Source of the DNA: the human T2T-CHM13v2.0 reference genome, Homo sapiens
Assembly (NCBI RefSeq): GCF_009914755.1
Contig: NC_060932.1
Reading direction: 5' to 3' (one strand)
DNA length: 64,000 nt
The position numbers were made by a program, and so were the translations under genes. Below, piece by piece: positions 26,000 through 40,550 of this stretch (positions within the stretch are counted from its first letter, which is position 1; each line of letters opens with the position of its first letter). The notes under the pieces were generated by a model that saw nothing but the letters and a program-made list of their open reading frames with translations, ran no database searches and was not told the DNA's origin.

Positions 26000-27210
26000 T
26001 AGGAAACCTTCCACCCTCCATTCCTCCTTCTACTCCCTTGGCCTGTGTTCTCAAAAATTTAAAACCTCTTCAACTCACACTTGACCTAAAACCTAAATGC
26101 CTTATTTTCTTCTGCAATGCCGCTTGACCCCAATACAAACTCGACAGTAGTTCCAAATAGCCAGAAAATGGCACTTTGAATTTTCCCATCCTGCAAGATC
26201 TAAATAATTATTGTCGTAAAATAGGCAAACGGTCTGAGGTGCCTGACATCCAGGCATTCTTTTACACATCAGTTCCTTCCTAGTCTCTGTGCCCAGTGCA
26301 ACTCGTCCCAAATCTTTCTTCTTTCCCTCCCACCTGTCCCCTCAGTACCAACCCCAAGCGTCGCTGAGTCTTTCTAATCTTCCTTTTCTACAGACCCATC
26401 TGACCTCTCCCTTCCTCCCCAGGCTGCTCCTCGCCAGGCCGAGCTAGGTCCCAATTCTTCCTCAGCCTCTGCTCCTCCACCCTATAATCTTTTTATCGCC
26501 TCCCCTCCTCACACCTGGTCTGGCTTACAGTTTTGTTCGTGACTAGCCCTCTCCCTCCTGCCCAGCAATTTACTCTTAAAAAGGTGGCTGGAGCTAAAGG
26601 TATAGTCAAGGTTAATGCTCCTTTTTCTTTATCCCAAATCAGATAGCATTTAGGCTCTTTTTCATCGAACATAAAAATCCAGCCCAGTTCATGACTTGTT
26701 TGGCAGCAACCCTGAGACACTTTACAGACCTAGACCCTAAAAGGTCAAAAGGCCGTCTTATTCTCAAAATACATTTTATTACCCAATCTGCTCCCGACAT
26801 TAAATAAAACTCCAAAAATTAAATTCCGGCCCTCAAACCCCACAACAGGATTTAATTAACCTTGCCTTCAAGGTGTACAATAATAGAAAAAAGTTGCAAT
26901 TCCTTACCTCCACTTTGAGACAAACCCCAGCCACATCTCCAGCACATAAGAACTTCCAAATGTCTCAACTGCAGCGGCCAGGCGTTCCTCCAGAACCTCC
27001 TCCCACAGGAACTTGCTACACGTGCTGGAAATCTGGCAACTGGACCAAGGAATGCCCGCAGCCCGGGATTCCTAAGCCGCATCCCATCTGTGTGGGACCC
27101 CACGGAAAATCGGACTGTTCAACTCACCTGGCAGCCACTCCCAGAGCCCCTGGAACTCTGGCCCAAGGCTCTCTGACTCCTTCCCAGATCTTCTCGGCCT
27201 AGCGGTTGAA
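26000..27210 (+). pseudogene. HERV-H gag remnant
   Basis: ORF 26873-27202 has the nucleocapsid knuckle CYTCWKSGNWTKEC (CCHC His replaced by Asn); upstream part disrupted; 5' boundary approximate. Confidence 0.8.
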
Positions 27211-27269
27211 GACTGACACTGCCCAATCACCTCGGAAGCCCCCTAGACCATCACGGACGCCGAGCTTCA

Positions 27270-27600
27270 GGTAACTCTCACAGTGGAAGGTAAGCCCGTC
27301 CCCTTCTTAATCAATACAGAGGCTACCCACTCCACATTACTTCCTTTTCAAGGGCCTGTTTCCCTTGCCTCCATAACTGTTGTGGGTATTGACGGCCAGG
27401 CTTCTAAACCTCTTAAAACTGCCCAATTCTGCTGCCAACTTAGACAATACTCTTTTAAGCACTCCTTTTTAGTTATCCCCACCTGCCCAGTTCCCTTATT
27501 AGGCTGAGACACTTTAACTAAATTATCTGCTTCCCTGACTATTCCTGGACTACAGCTATATCTCATTGCCGCCCTTCTTCCCTATCCAAAGCCTCCTTTG
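27270..27600 (+). pseudogene. HERV-H protease remnant
   Basis: VEGKPVPFLINTEATHSTL...CPVPLLG followed by a stop; the catalytic DTG reads NTE. Confidence 0.85.
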
Positions 27601-27660
27601 CATCCTCCTCTTGTATCCCCCCACCTTAACCCACAAGTATAAGATACCTCTACTCCCTCC

Positions 27661-29420
27661 TTGGCGACCGATCATGCACCCCTTACCATCTCATTAAAAC
27701 CTAATCACCCTTACCCCACTCAACGCCAATATCCCATCCCACAGCACGCTTTAAAAAGATTAAAGCCTGTTATCACTCGCCTGCTACAGCATGGCCTTTT
27801 AAAGCCTATAAACTCTCCTTACAATTCCCCCATTTTACCTGTCCTAAAACCAGACAAGCCTTACAAGTTAGTTCAGGATCTGCGCCTTATCAACCAAATT
27901 GTTTTTCCTATCCCCCCCGTGGTGCCAAACCCATATACTCTCCTATCCTCAATACCTGCCTCTATAACCCATTATTCTGTTCTGGATCTCAAACATGCTT
28001 TCTTTACTATTCCTTTGCACCCTTAATCCCAGCCTCTCTTCGCTTTCACTTGGACTGACCCTGACACCCATTAAGCTCAGCAAATAACCTAGGCTGTACT
28101 GCCGCAAGGCTTCACAGACAGCCCCCATTACTTCAATCAAGCCCAAATTTCATCCTCATCTGTTACCTATCTCGGCATAATTCTCATAAAAACATACGTG
28201 CTTTCCCTGCTGATCCTGTCCGACTAATCTCCCAAACCTCAATCCTTTACAAAACAACAACTCCTTTCCTTCCTAGGCATAGTTAGTGAGGTCAGAATTC
28301 TTACACAAGAGCCAGGACCGCACCCTGTAGCCTTTCTGTGCAAACAACTTGACCTTACTGTTTTAGCCTAGCCCTCATGTCTGTGTGCAGCAGCTGCCGC
28401 TGCTTTAATACTTTTAGAGGCCCTCAAAATCACAAACTATGCTCAACTCACTCTCTGCAGTTCTCATAACTTCCAAAATCTATTTTCTTCCTCATACCTG
28501 ATGCATATACTTTCTGCTCCCCGGCTCCTTCAGCTGTACTCACTCTTTGTTGAGTCTCCCACAATTACCGTTGTTCCTGGCCCAGACTTCAATCCGGCCT
28601 GCCACATTGTTCCTGATACCACACCTGACCCCCATGACTGTATCTCTCTGATCCACCTGATATTCACCCCATTTCCCCAAATTTCCTTCTTTCCTGTTCC
28701 TCACCCTGATCACGCTTGATTTATTGATGGCGGTTCCACCAGGCCTAATCGCCACACACCACCAGCAAAGGCAGGTTATACTATAGTACAAGCCACTAGC
28801 CCGCCTCTTAGAACCTCTCATTTCCTTTCCATTGTGGAAATTTATCCTCAAGGAAATAACTTCTTAGTGTTCCATCTGCTATTCTACTACTCCTCAGGGA
28901 TAATTCAGGCCCCCTCCCTTTCCCACACATCAAGCTCGAGGATTTGCCCCACCCAGGACTGGCAAATTAGCTTTACTCAACATGCCCTGAGTCAGATAAC
29001 TAAAATACCTCTTAGTCTAGGTAGATACTTTCACTGGATAGGTAGAGGCCTTTCCTACAGGGTCTGAGAAGGCCACCGCAGTCATTTCTTCCCTTCTGTC
29101 AGACATAATTCCTCAGTTTAGCCTTCCCACCTCAATACAGTCTGATAACAGAAGGGCCTTTATTAGTCAAAACAGCCAAGCAGTTTTTCAGGCTCTTAGT
29201 ATTCAGTGAAACCTTTATATCCCTTATGGTCCTCCGTCTTCAAGAAAAGTAGAATGGACTAAAGGTCTTTTAAAAACACACCTCACCAAGCTCAGCCACC
29301 AACTTAAAAAGGACTGGACAATACTTTTACCACTTTCCCTTCTCAGAATTCAGGCCTGTCCTCGGAATGCTACAGGGTACAGCCCATTGGAGCTCCTGTA
29401 TAGATGCTCCTTTTTATTAG
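27661..29420 (+). pseudogene. HERV-H pol remnant (RT/RNase H/integrase) with stops and deletions
   Basis: SPYNSPILPVLKPDKPYKLVQDLRLIN, YSVLDLKHAFFTIPL and LPQGFTDSP motifs; no YxDD after LPQG; integrase-like SIQSDN near 29130-29150. Confidence 0.88.
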
Positions 29421-30040
29421 GCCCCGGTCTCATTCCAGACACCAGACCAACTTAGACTGTGCCCCTAAAAAACTTGTCTTCCCTGCTATCTTCTGTCTAG
29501 TCATACTCCTATTCACCGTTCCTAACTACTCATACATGCCCTGCTCTTGTTTACACTGCTGGTTTACACTGTTTTTCCAAGCCATCACAGCTGATATCTC
29601 CTGGTGCTATCCCCAAACTGCCACTCTTAACTCTTGAAGTAAATAAATAATCTTTGCTGGCAGGACTATGCTGAATCTCCTTAGGCACTCTCTAATCAGA
29701 TATCCTGAGTCGTCCCAATTCTTAAGACTTTTTATACCTGTTTTTCTCCTTCTGTTATTCCATTTAGTTTCTCAATTCATCCAAAACCGTATCTAGGCCA
29801 TCAGCAATCATTCTATAGGACAAATGTTTCTTCTAACATCCCCACAATATCACCCCTTACCACAAGACCTCCCCTCAGCTTAATCTCTCCCACTCTAGGT
29901 TCCCACGCTGCCCCTAATCCCGCTTGAAGCAGCCCTGAGAAACATCGCCCATTCTCTCTCCATACCACGCCCCAAAAATTTTTGCCGCCCCAAAACCTCA
30001 ACACTATTTTATTTTTCTTATTAATATAAGAAGGCAGGAA

Positions 30041-30491
30041 TGTCAGGCCTCTGAGCCCAAGCCAAGCCATCACATCCCCTGTGACTTGCATGTATATGCC
30101 CAGATGGCCTGAAGTAACTAAAGAATCACAAAAGAAGTGAATGTGACCTGCCCCACCTTAACTGATGACATTCCACCACAAAAGAAGTGTAAATGGCCGG
30201 TCCTTGCCTCAAGAGATGACATTACCTTGGGAAAGTCCTTTTCCTGGCTCATCCTGGCTCAAAAAGCACCCCCACTGAGCACCTTGCAACCCCCACTCCT
30301 GCCCGCCAGAGAACAAACCCCCTTTGACTGTAATTTTCCTTTACCTACCCAAATCCTATAAAACGGCCCCACCCCTATCTCCCTTCGCTGACTCTTTTTG
30401 GACTCAGCCCACCTGCACCCAGGTGAAATAAACAGCCATGTTGCTCACACAAAGCCTGTTTGCTGGTCTCTTCACAGATACGCGCATGAAA
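30041..30491 (+). mobile_element. 3' LTR7 (polyadenylation LTR)
   Basis: TGTCAGGCCTCTGAGCC...GCGCATGAAA; AATAAA 30427-30432; about 30 differences from the 5' LTR by manual count. Confidence 0.96.
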
Positions 30492-31762
30492 GGAAGATTA
30501 AGAAAAACAAAAAAATGTAAATTTACTGGACACTGAATATATACTAAGTACTGCTTAAGTGATTTACATGTCAAGATTAAAATATTTTGCTTTACTTTAA
30601 TTATCATCATATTCTTCATCCATCTTTCATTTCATCTTCATCATGCCATTTCTTTCTCCTTCCCCTGGGCCTGAAATTTTATCAAGAAGACACACTTGCT
30701 GTGTGACTTGATTAATTTACTTAAGCATGGTAAGCCTTTGTATAATATGGAATTAGAAAAAAAAGTCTTCTTAGAAGTATTTTATGAAAACGACATGAGA
30801 GACAGTATGTATATGGTTTGCATCACATGTCTGGCATTATTTACCATTAATTGTTTTATTCTCTTAATTTGAGCAATTTACTTTTGAAATGCTATCTGGA
30901 AACGGTGTTAATTTTAAGAAAGGTTGGGCCTCTATGTAAAAATACTGTAAGAGGTCACAACAACAAATATGTCTTAAATTCTGATGATGTGTTAAAAAGC
31001 TTGAGAAGCACTCAATAACAAAAACATACTCACTGACATACAGGAAGGTGAAATGAGGTGTCCATGGCTAGACAGCTAATAAATGTAAGAGACAGATTCT
31101 GATCTCAGATGATTTGATCAGAAACTTTTAACCACTATATGCTGAATTAGCACTAAAATATAAATCTAAAAGTTGTGTTCTTTTTAACTCTTACTAGGTA
31201 CTATTTGTTAAGACATTTTAAGAATACAGTATAAAGATTTTTGCCAACTTTTTCATGCTTAATGCTTATGTAAATTAATTTCTTAAGTAAGATAGCATGC
31301 CTATAAAAATCCTAGGGATAGTGTATTACCCATGAGATTTCTAAGCTATATTTTTTAATGTAGTAAATCAAAGTGGGTGTATTCCAATTTCTTACAACTA
31401 GAAAAGCTAATTTCGATAAAAATGAAATATTTACATGAATCAACTGCAAGGTTTTTAAAATATATTATTTTTAATTAAAAATAATCGCTGGCGAGCAAAA
31501 AGGTTATTTTGGCTATATTGTTCGTATCTTGAAAGTACCCATACCGCATTAGTGTATATCCAAAGTAATTTATATTTTGTCCTAAATTAATATGGTGTTG
31601 GTTGAATTTTCTATGTAGAAATATTTTTGTTTTAATAGAAAATACAATTTTCCATTTTGGCAGTTACACAAATATAAAATATATTTACACTTAACTGTAT
31701 AGTTCAAATGTTATTCAATTATTTTATATTTATAATTATTGCAATATAATTTAAAAAAATAG

Positions 31763-32105
<343 letters not shown>

Positions 32106-32124
32106 TAAGAGAGGTTATTTTTTT

Positions 32125-34330
32125 AAAAAAACAGTTTTAAGTTTACATCAAAACGGATGGGAAGGTACCGAGACATCCTATGAACCTTCTGCCTCCACAC
32201 ATGCATATTCTCCCCTATTATCAACGTCCCTTACTGAAGTGGTGCATGTGTAACAATTGGTGAACCTACACTGAGACATCATTATCACCCCAAATCCACA
32301 GTTCATACAAGTCTTCACTCTTGATGCTTTGCATTCCCGGGCTGGACAATTAATAATGACATGTATCCATCATTATAGTATCACACAGGTTACTTTCAGG
32401 GCACTGAAAATAACGCTATCCTCTGCCTATTCATCAATCTCTCTGGACCAACCCCTGCAACTATTGATATTTTTACTATCTTCATAATTTTTCCTTTTCT
32501 GAAATGTCATCTAGCTGGAATAATACAATATGTACCCTTTTCAGATTGACTTCTTTTATTCTTTCTTGAGATTTAATTTGCTTTACCTTTATCTTCCTAA
32601 GGTGGAAGCTTAGATAATTGCTTGAGTTCTTCTTGTATTCTAATGTTAATGCTATACATTTTACTCTAAACACTGCCTTCACTGAATCTCACACATCTTG
32701 AGAACTAGTGCTTTTATGTTGATTTAGCTCACAATATTTTTAAAATTTCTACTCTTTCTCCAACCCATGTGTTATTTTGAGGTATGTTGTTAAATCTCCA
32801 AATATTTTGTAATTTCTCAGCTATTTTTCTGTTATTGATTTCTAGTTCAAGTCCATTGTGGTCAGACACCAGACATTATGTAATTTTTATGTTTAAAATG
32901 TGTTTAAGGTGATTCTGAAGGCCCAAAATACAGTCTATTTTGTTGAATGTTTCATGTGAGCTTGAGAAAAATATGTATTCTGCTGTTGTTGGATGAAGTA
33001 GTCAGTAGATGTCCATTATATCTATTTGATTGATGGTATGGTTAATTTTAGCTATGCACTTACAGATTTTCTGCCTACTGGATCTGTCCATTTCTGTTGG
33101 AGTGTTGAAGTCAATTATGATACTGTATGCATTTATTTCTCCTCATATTTCTATGGGTTTTGCCTCACATATTTTTATACTCTGTTGTCAGGCACATACA
33201 CATTAAATATTGTTATGTCTCATCGAATGAGTCCTTCATTATTACATCATGCTCCTTTTTATTCCTGACAACTTTCCTTACTCTGAAATTTGCTGTGTCT
33301 GAAATTAATATAGTGCTAATTCTGGTTTCTTTTTATTGGTATCAACATGATATATCTTTCTCGATTTATTTAGTTTGAATCTATAAGTGCCTATAAGAAA
33401 GTGCGTTTTCTGTAGGCAACACATAGTTGGGCTTTGTTTTCTGATTCTCTCCTGACAAAGCTGGATTAATATCTACTATATTTGTTTCAGTTTTCTAATT
33501 GCTGCCATTATTTTTTGCTTCTATTTTTATTTTTCACTCTTTTTCTGTCTTTTGTGGTTTAATAGAGCATTTCTTATGGTTCAATTTCCTCTTTCTCTCT
33601 GTTAATTCCAGCATGCCTGCTATGTCTGAGTCTGGTTCTGATGCTTGCCCTGTCTCTTGGAATTATTATTATTTTGTCTTTTGTTATGTATTGTAAATTG
33701 TTTTCTTGATAGTTGGAAATGGGCTGGTTAAAAGGAATTGTAAATAGGCCTTTAGTAATGCGACGATATGGTGTACTAGGAGAAAGGGGGTTTTCTTTAA
33801 TCCTGTTAGTAGCTCTAGTCTTTTCGTGAGCCTGTGCCTGAGTTGTGAACTTCGAATCTGCTTCTCAACTTTTTTTTTTGCTTTGTTTTCCCACCCCTTT
33901 AGGTGGGACACAATGGCTAGAGTGAGCTGGGTTTCGGCATTTTCCACGTAAAGAAAGGAGGGGCTGGAGTTCTGTGTTTCCCTTCCCCAAGGTCATGTAG
34001 GCTCAGATAAAACCCCAGCAGTTTAGGCTTTCTTTAACTGGTTTCTCCTGTAGGTAAATCTTGTAAAGAAAAGACTGTTCTGGAAAATTTCAAAATGGTT
34101 CCTTTACCCACCCACTGCTGAAAGCTTGAGGGTAATTTTCTCTGATATTCATTATGAGAACCTGGCAGAGCTCCTGAAGGCAAAACTCAGAAACAAATGG
34201 GGGGGGGGGTCCCAAAGACTGTAGCACAGGAGTTTTTAATCTTTCAGACTCTTCCATAATGAGCCTCCAGCAATTTGTCAAGAACCCTTAAGTTTTTCCT
34301 ATTTTGACACTGGTTCCTATGGAGATTGCT
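32125..34330 (-). mobile_element. Old L1 (L1MC/MD-like) fragments
   Basis: Antisense L1M 3'UTR motifs (ACAATTGGTGAACCTACACTGAGACATCATTATCACCC) and T-rich internal motifs (GAGCTTGAGAAAAATATGTATTCTGCTGTTGTTGGATGAAG). Confidence 0.75.
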
Positions 34331-36929
34331 GCTCTTATAAGTTGTGAGAAATTTAATTGTTTTTTACTTTTGATATAAATACCTCTACATGAGTAATACA
34401 TCTGTATATTTGCTGTATTTCAAAATAAGTAAGATGGGTCCATGGGCACTATTCAGTTACATGCTCAAGCAATTTTTTAGGGTGTAAGTAATAAGTACCC
34501 TTTAGTCAATAACATGTATATATTACTTATTTTCATGGTAAAATGACTAGATGATTTGATATTCCTTCCTCCCTGTCCCTTTTTATAGATTAAATTTAGC
34601 ACATATTCAGGATAACAACTAGATGTCAGATATTTGATTACACAGAATCTGTGAAATAAACCAATAGATAAGATCTTATGCAGCATGCAAACCCATTTTT
34701 TTGCAGTATTCACTGCAAAATCTTATAAAATCCTATTTCAAGGTTATAAAATTTAATCAACTAGGCATTTTTAAGCCAAAATCTTGTACTTTCTACATTT
34801 TAAGCATGTCGTAAGAAAAGAATATAGACTCTGGCTGTTTCCATTTTGAAACATCTTATTTTGATCATATAAATAAGCAAAAGATTACCCTGAGCCAGAT
34901 TGGTTTTCTCTCTTATCATTAAGGCCTCCACTCATTTCTGCCACCTGAGTCTTCTTATACAATTCTGTAATTATACACATATTAACATCAATTGAGTAAG
35001 TAAATGGATAGCATCATTTTAATTTATATTTTTCCAAAGTGAACAAAACACATGTTTTACAGAAATTAATAGTTGTATGCAGTTTGATTACAAAATAATA
35101 CAGCTGATATTTCAAGCAGTTTGTAGCTCGCTAGCTCATTAATTTTTGCTCATTAATTACACTTTTTCTCTCTCAACTCTCTTACTCTAATCTACTTTCT
35201 CTCTGCACCCTCAATACACACATAAAATGTAAGTAATAGCAGAGTCTGACATAAATCAGTTTAAATTACAGTTTTGCCAGTCACTGTTTTTGACACTACG
35301 GATAAATTATTCAATAACTCTGAGGCTCATTTTCCGCATCTGTGAATTAGGGATAAAAACGCTTATCTTATATTGTTCCTGTGAGTATCTAATGAGGGCA
35401 TATCTGTAAGTGCATGTTACCTAGGCTTGCACAGTATTTTCTAAAAATGAACTATATATATAATCATAGTTTCCAGATCGTTAACCTTCATTTTAATGGT
35501 GCAGAATATTTTTGTTCAGTTGGTCTACAATTTATACACATATATTTAAAGCTACACAAAAATATATTAACTAATAAAAAAATGGACTATAAAATCTGAA
35601 AAAGGAAGACTTAAGAACGGTGATGGGTTAATAAATAGCTCAATGCAGACTTGTTAAGGGATGACTAGCTGAATAGGTGTGTCAACAATACAATCACACA
35701 ATCGTCTTCAAATAATTTTTAAATAAACATATTACTGGCATTTACTAATACAAAGAAGGGTTTCTATCTATAAGATAATTTAATAGGATCTTTCTGCACA
35801 GATTAAGTTGATTACCATAAATAAACTAGAACTGATGTATTCAAGGGGCATGGCTGTTTGAAGAACAGAAGGTAGCCACATGAATGTGTTCTATTTAGTA
35901 ATTAACAGTATGTAAAATGAAAGAATACCTAAACCAAAATGGCTCCACTTAATCAACTGTTTTGTTGGTAGATTACCTAGACCCAGATCCTCTATCACTA
36001 TCTTCTCAGGAGTCCTAAGCATATTAATGCACTGCTCTTGAGTTTTTAGAATTTGTTCAGAGTGTTTAAAACTACATACATGTAACATCTGTTTTATACA
36101 AGATACTTCAAAAACCAAAGTGATTACTATAATACATTCTATTAAACCTAAACCAACATGTGTTCAAATGCAGAGAACAAAAAGGAATGTTTTGTCAGAT
36201 GTTGCATCTGATGGATTGAAAGAGTTCTATAAAATAGCTCCTCTATAGCTTGTGCTTTCTGTATTTTTGAGTCTTTAGGAAAGTTTAATGCTGGGGAATA
36301 TCTGTGATGTGTGTGTGTGCCTAGGCAATTCAACCCTTTGTGGTAACACAGCATTCCTAGCTATCATTCTATCGTATGACAATTTATTAATTATCATAAT
36401 TTACTGGCAGTAATATTTTTCTTTAATTCCTCTTTTCAAACTTGTCAGATTCAGTAAGAAAAACCAATGTAATATGCAAATGTCTCCACTCTATCATTCC
36501 ATGAGTTATGAGTCCTTTCTTACCAACTATATCATTTATAAACTAAGTACATGAATACTACCAAGTAATATACTATCTTATCATTAACATTAATCAACTT
36601 ATGCAATACTTTTTATATATTGAAAAATGTCTACTAGAGTATAAAAAAATTGTAAAAAACTCAAACTCTTTTTTTCTTCTTATTTTGACTGCTGCCTGAT
36701 GTAAACAATCAAACTTTTCATATAGATCCCTATTTCTATTTCTATGTACTACTATTGTAACACGCTTTCTCATTATCTTAATTTATGTTTATAAAAGTCA
36801 AAACATATTTTTGTCATGAGTAAGATGGTCTTTTCATATTATGCACTGTGTTAATCGGAGGGGAAGTAGGGCAGGGAGAAAAGGAAACTATAGTATATAA
36901 AAAAACTACTAAGTCCCAGAACTGCAATA

Positions 36930-37210
36930 CCCAGTAGTGTAGCAACTAATCTCTTGAAACTATTGAACACTTGAAATGTAGCCAGTGGAAATAGTGAAGT
37001 GCGGAAGGTGCAGTATACACATTGGATTTTGAAGACAATACAAGAAACAGACAGACAATGAATAATACTGGTATCTTGTATTTATCCCATTTTGAGATGA
37101 TAATATTTTTGATATATTAAGATATATTATGATTAATTATACCTGTTTATTTTCACTTATTAATTTTGTTTTTTAGGAGATTAAAATTACATTTGTGATT
37201 CATATTTTAT
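36930..37210. mobile_element. MER3/MER33-like hAT MITE
   Basis: CTATTGAACACTTGAAATGTAGCCAGT...TTAAAATTACATTTGTGATTCATATTTTATTCTTATTGGAGAGGACTG resembles the MER3 family. Confidence 0.65.
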
Positions 37211-40200
37211 TCTTATTGGAGAGGACTGTGCCAGATACTTCACACTAACACTTTGAGTTATGGAGGAACATGATCCCTTCTACCTGTATCATGAAGTTTG
37301 AGAATTTGAAAATTATAGTCCTACTTGAATTAATTTTATATTACTATATAAAAATACCAAAAACTTAGTAACTTAAACAACATCCATTTATGATCTTACA
37401 TTTCTATATGTTACAACTCCAGGTTTGATTTTACTGGATTCTCTGCTAAAGGAGTTTCACTCAAGGTATAGAGGCTCTGGAGAAGAATCCACTTTGAGCC
37501 CCTTTGGGTTGGGCCCACTGTTTTCTGTTACATGGACCCCTAAATCTTCAAAGAGAAGTTGAATACTTTCTGTATTTTGAGTTACGATTTTTTCCTCTGT
37601 CTCTGACCTGTAGAACCTTATGTGAAAGTTCATGTGACTTGGTCAGGTCCATCTAAATAATCTCCCTTTTCATTAACTCATTTACAAAATTCCTTTTGCC
37701 AACTGATTTGGCTCAAAATTAGTAATTGATGTTATAGAAGCCTGTGGGTTTAGGGAAAGGGGAAATTCACCAAGAACCTAAATAGCTCTGTCTGCTTTGT
37801 CTTTTTTCCAAATGTACCATGTGGTAAATTGCTAAACCTTATTGAGACAGTGTTTTCTCAGTTGACAAACTGAGTGTACCAACACGCTACATTTCTGTAT
37901 CATGGGGTTGATAAGGATTTTATATGTATATATGCAGAAAGAGACTATAGAGGCTTGTATATATGTATATGTGCATATGTATATGAACACAAAATTCTAC
38001 AAAGTGCTTATACCAATATAAGTACTATCGCTTAGAATGCACCTTTTTAGCTACCTTTCAGATTCTTGTCCACTAAGCATTGCCAAGTCTTCAAAGGTAA
38101 TTGCTGCAATTTTGGCAAAATCTCTAAGACTACTTTTCTGTTCTCATGAAACTCTGTTTAAATAGGAAAAACACAAAATAGGTAGGCAAACTTTTTTCTT
38201 TCTTTCTTTCTTTTTCCACAGGAAACGACGAGGCTGAATCCTGTTGGAGTGATTTGTTCTTCGGACTTTGTATCTTAAATGAAATCTTCTCCCTTAGAGG
38301 CCACATAAACTGATGGTACAATCTGCAACTCTAAGCAAATTCATAGGTTATACTTTTTCTTCTTCATACTTGACATTTGAACCTAGCAAGTTTGAATAGC
38401 CTGTAATTTGAAAACTCCCTTGCACATCTAGCAGATCAAGGTAGCTTGTTCTGCCTTCTGGACAAATGGTGCCCTTAAGTCAGCTTAGGGAGACTGTTCC
38501 GATATCAAGATTCTGTTTGAATACTATATACTCTCAGCTGCTTATTTATTCATATATATATGACACGTTTATCATGGAAGTATTTCAAAACTATCTGAAA
38601 ATGAATATTGATTATTAAGGCATTCAGTTTTAGGAAGAAAACATACATAAATATATGATCTTCATTATTTTCCTTTCTCCATGCAATTTCAATAGATATT
38701 TATCAAGAACTCAAAATATGCCTAGCACTGCCTAGGTGTTGGAAACATTAGAGAAATTAAAACAGATAAATTCCTTCCTTTAGTAGACTTAGTCTAACTA
38801 AATAAATGATTTTTAAAAGGGCATAATAAATGGTATAAGCAAAAGAAAATGAAGGTGAGGGGAATAGGGCATGCCAAGTAGGGAGCTGCTATTTTAATGA
38901 GGCCTAGGAGAAAACCATTTATAAGGTGACATTTGAGCAGAGACCTAAAGAAAGTGAGAAAACGTGATACATGTATGTACATGGAAAAAGAATATAATAA
39001 GCAAAAAAAAAAAAAAAAATGGAGGCCAAGAGGGAATCTTATGCATTACACAGATTTTGAACTAAAAGCAAGAAGGCCATAATGGCTAAAAATAAATGAG
39101 GATTCATTAAAGAGGGTGAAGAATATAGAGAGTTAGGACTATTGCTGTGATGTAAAGTCATTGGAGAGATGACCTGAGAGATTAGAACCCTGGGGTAACT
39201 TACATTTCATTTGCTGTTTTATTCCAAAGTGATATTCATTATCTAAAGAAAAAAATCAAATATACAGAAATGATAAAATACAAAACAATGCTGACCTTTA
39301 AGAAACATTGACCTATAAATACTAAGATGTTAAATATTTGTTTCTTGTGATTTGTATCTTTATTGATGTGATAATTATGTATCTATAAGTTTGTGAGTAA
39401 AATACATAACAAGCCTGGAATGTATTTTCTTTATAATTCACATTAATTTTTTGCACTAAAATTCAATCTAGTAAATTTCCTGTTATAGTCAATTAATTTT
39501 GACAACACATATTTTAATGCTCCATGGTATTAACAACCCATTATGATTTGCATTTAAGATTATTTAGAGTATTCAGTGTAATAAATAATGCAAATGTAGG
39601 CAAAAGCTTTTCCATGTATACACACACACTACACACTATATTTTTAATTATTTCATTCACATAGATTAAAATAAACTTTTGTTTAATGTAAAACAATATT
39701 GATGCTCCCAACTCCCTAGTTACTTTGTACAATTTGCATGCCTACCAGCAATGATGAATATCCTAATTGCCTTAAACATATCTATATTATGTCAAATCTT
39801 TCATGCACTTTCAGTGTCTGACTTCTTTAGCACTGAAGTTCATGCTCAGATTTAAAGGGCCTGTATGAATAGGTGAGGCCCACCTGAATACTCTGCAGAT
39901 AACCTGATTTGGTACCTTAATTCCATCTTTAAAATCCTTTCTAGCAACACCTACATTCATGATTGATAGACTAACTGAGAGAAGGTATATACACCACGGA
40001 CTGCGAATTTTGGAGGTCACTTTAGAATTCTGTCTACCACGGATACATTTGAATATATCTGCACATTTACATATAGTTGTCACCACATTAAGGAAAATTA
40101 ACATATAGATTACCCCGAAAAATTTCCTCAAACTATTTTATAATTCCTTAATCCCACCCCTTCTTGCCCTCTTTACCACCTTCAATTCTAGGAAACTGCA

Positions 40201-40550
40201 CCTATGCTTTTTGTCACTATGATTGGTTTGTTGTGTCTGAGATTTTATATAAATGTCACCATACACTATGCACTTTTTGTCTGACTTCTTTCAACTAGCA
40301 TAGTTTGAGATTCCTATATGTTTTATCTATCAATAGTATATTTTTATGGCTGAGTCTTATTTTATTATATGACTATATTCACCTTCATGACAATAGACAT
40401 TAGGTTGTTTCCAGTTTGGGGCCTGAGAAATAAAGTTGTTTTGAACATTCATGTACAAGTATTTGTAAGGACATATGCTTTTATTTCTTTTGCATAAATA
40501 CTAAAAAAAAGAGTGGCTGGGCTATAAGTGTGTTTAGCTTTTATAAAACC

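Larger units (their letters stand above)
24454..30491 (+). mobile_element. HERV-H provirus (LTR7-int-LTR7), common deleted form lacking intact env
   Basis: Two 451-bp LTR7s; His PBS; PPT AAGAAGGCAGGAA (30028-30040); gag zinc knuckle, protease, RT and IN remnants; 5-bp flanks AGAAG / GGAAG. Confidence 0.98.

Noticed and set aside
29420-30040. HERV-H env gene
   Set aside because: Only about 0.6 kb lies between the integrase remnant and the PPT, and there is no env-length ORF.
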